Assembly (NCBI GenBank): GCA_965644315.1
Contig: CBFFRQ010000146.1
Span: 1-21,093, forward strand
Reading direction: 5' to 3'
Length of the DNA stretch: 21,093 nt
From: Caecitellus pseudoparvulus
Lineage: Eukaryota > Protista > Bigyra: Bicosoecida
Shown: positions 21,054 through 21,093 of the stretch, piece after piece
Position numbering within the stretch: the first letter of the stretch is position 1
How the letters are laid out: every line of letters starts with the position of its first letter
Notes under the pieces: generated by a model
Told to the model about the DNA's origin: nothing
The model's database searches: none
Seen by the model: only the letters and a program-made list of their open reading frames with translations
Program-made: the position numbers and the translations under genes

Positions 21054-21093
21054 GTGTGCATTGAACTCTCCTTCCGTTTGACCTGTATCAGAC
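21054..21093 (-). repeat. Right arm of the 40-bp inverted repeat (runs to the window edge)
   Basis: The reverse complement reads GTCTGATACAGGTCAAACGGAAGGAGAGTTCAATGCACAC. Confidence 0.92.

Larger units (their letters stand above)
19165..21093. mobile_element. Putative decayed inverted-repeat-bounded element / low-GC insert (at least 1.93 kb)
   Basis: Inverted repeats lie at both ends. The interior from ~19500 is about 40-42% GC in sampled 60-nt lines versus about 58-78% in sampled lines of the giant gene. There is no intact long ORF and no recognisable transposase. The outer ends and any target-site duplication are not visible. Confidence 0.45.

Noticed and set aside
1-21093. CRISPR arrays, tRNA/rRNA genes, prokaryotic operon or defence system
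   Set aside because: No repeat-spacer periodicity or RNA-gene signatures were seen, and the introns and gene content indicate a eukaryote.

Overview
GC-rich eukaryotic (protist-like) genomic DNA with short GT-AG spliceosomal introns. It is not prokaryotic. (1) A giant + strand gene, join(494..752,821..914,988..15814), encodes about 5,059 aa and is predicted to be secreted. Domain order: signal peptide, five C-type-lectin-like domains (CTLDs) with a Pro/Ser/Thr linker after the first, two tandem ALK/LTK-type glycine-rich domains, a Cys-rich block, three more CTLDs, then about 20 fibronectin-III-like repeats with an EGF/TNFR-like Cys-rich insert. No obvious transmembrane anchor is present. (2) A convergent - strand gene, complement(join(16519..18500,18608..18614)), encodes a 662-aa TPPP/p25-alpha family protein with two tandem p25-alpha domains that share patches of near-identical DNA. 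(3) Between these genes lie a 49-nt diverged copy of part of the giant gene and a 10-bp hairpin. (4) The last ~1.9 kb is bracketed by a 40-bp inverted repeat (19165-19204 / 21054-21093, 38/40 identical, cut by the window edge). It encloses markedly lower-GC DNA with a disrupted PD-(D/E)XK-like motif and may be a decayed DNA transposon or foreign insert. Most other ORFs in the track are shadows of the two real genes. All domain calls are by motif recognition, and no database searches were run.
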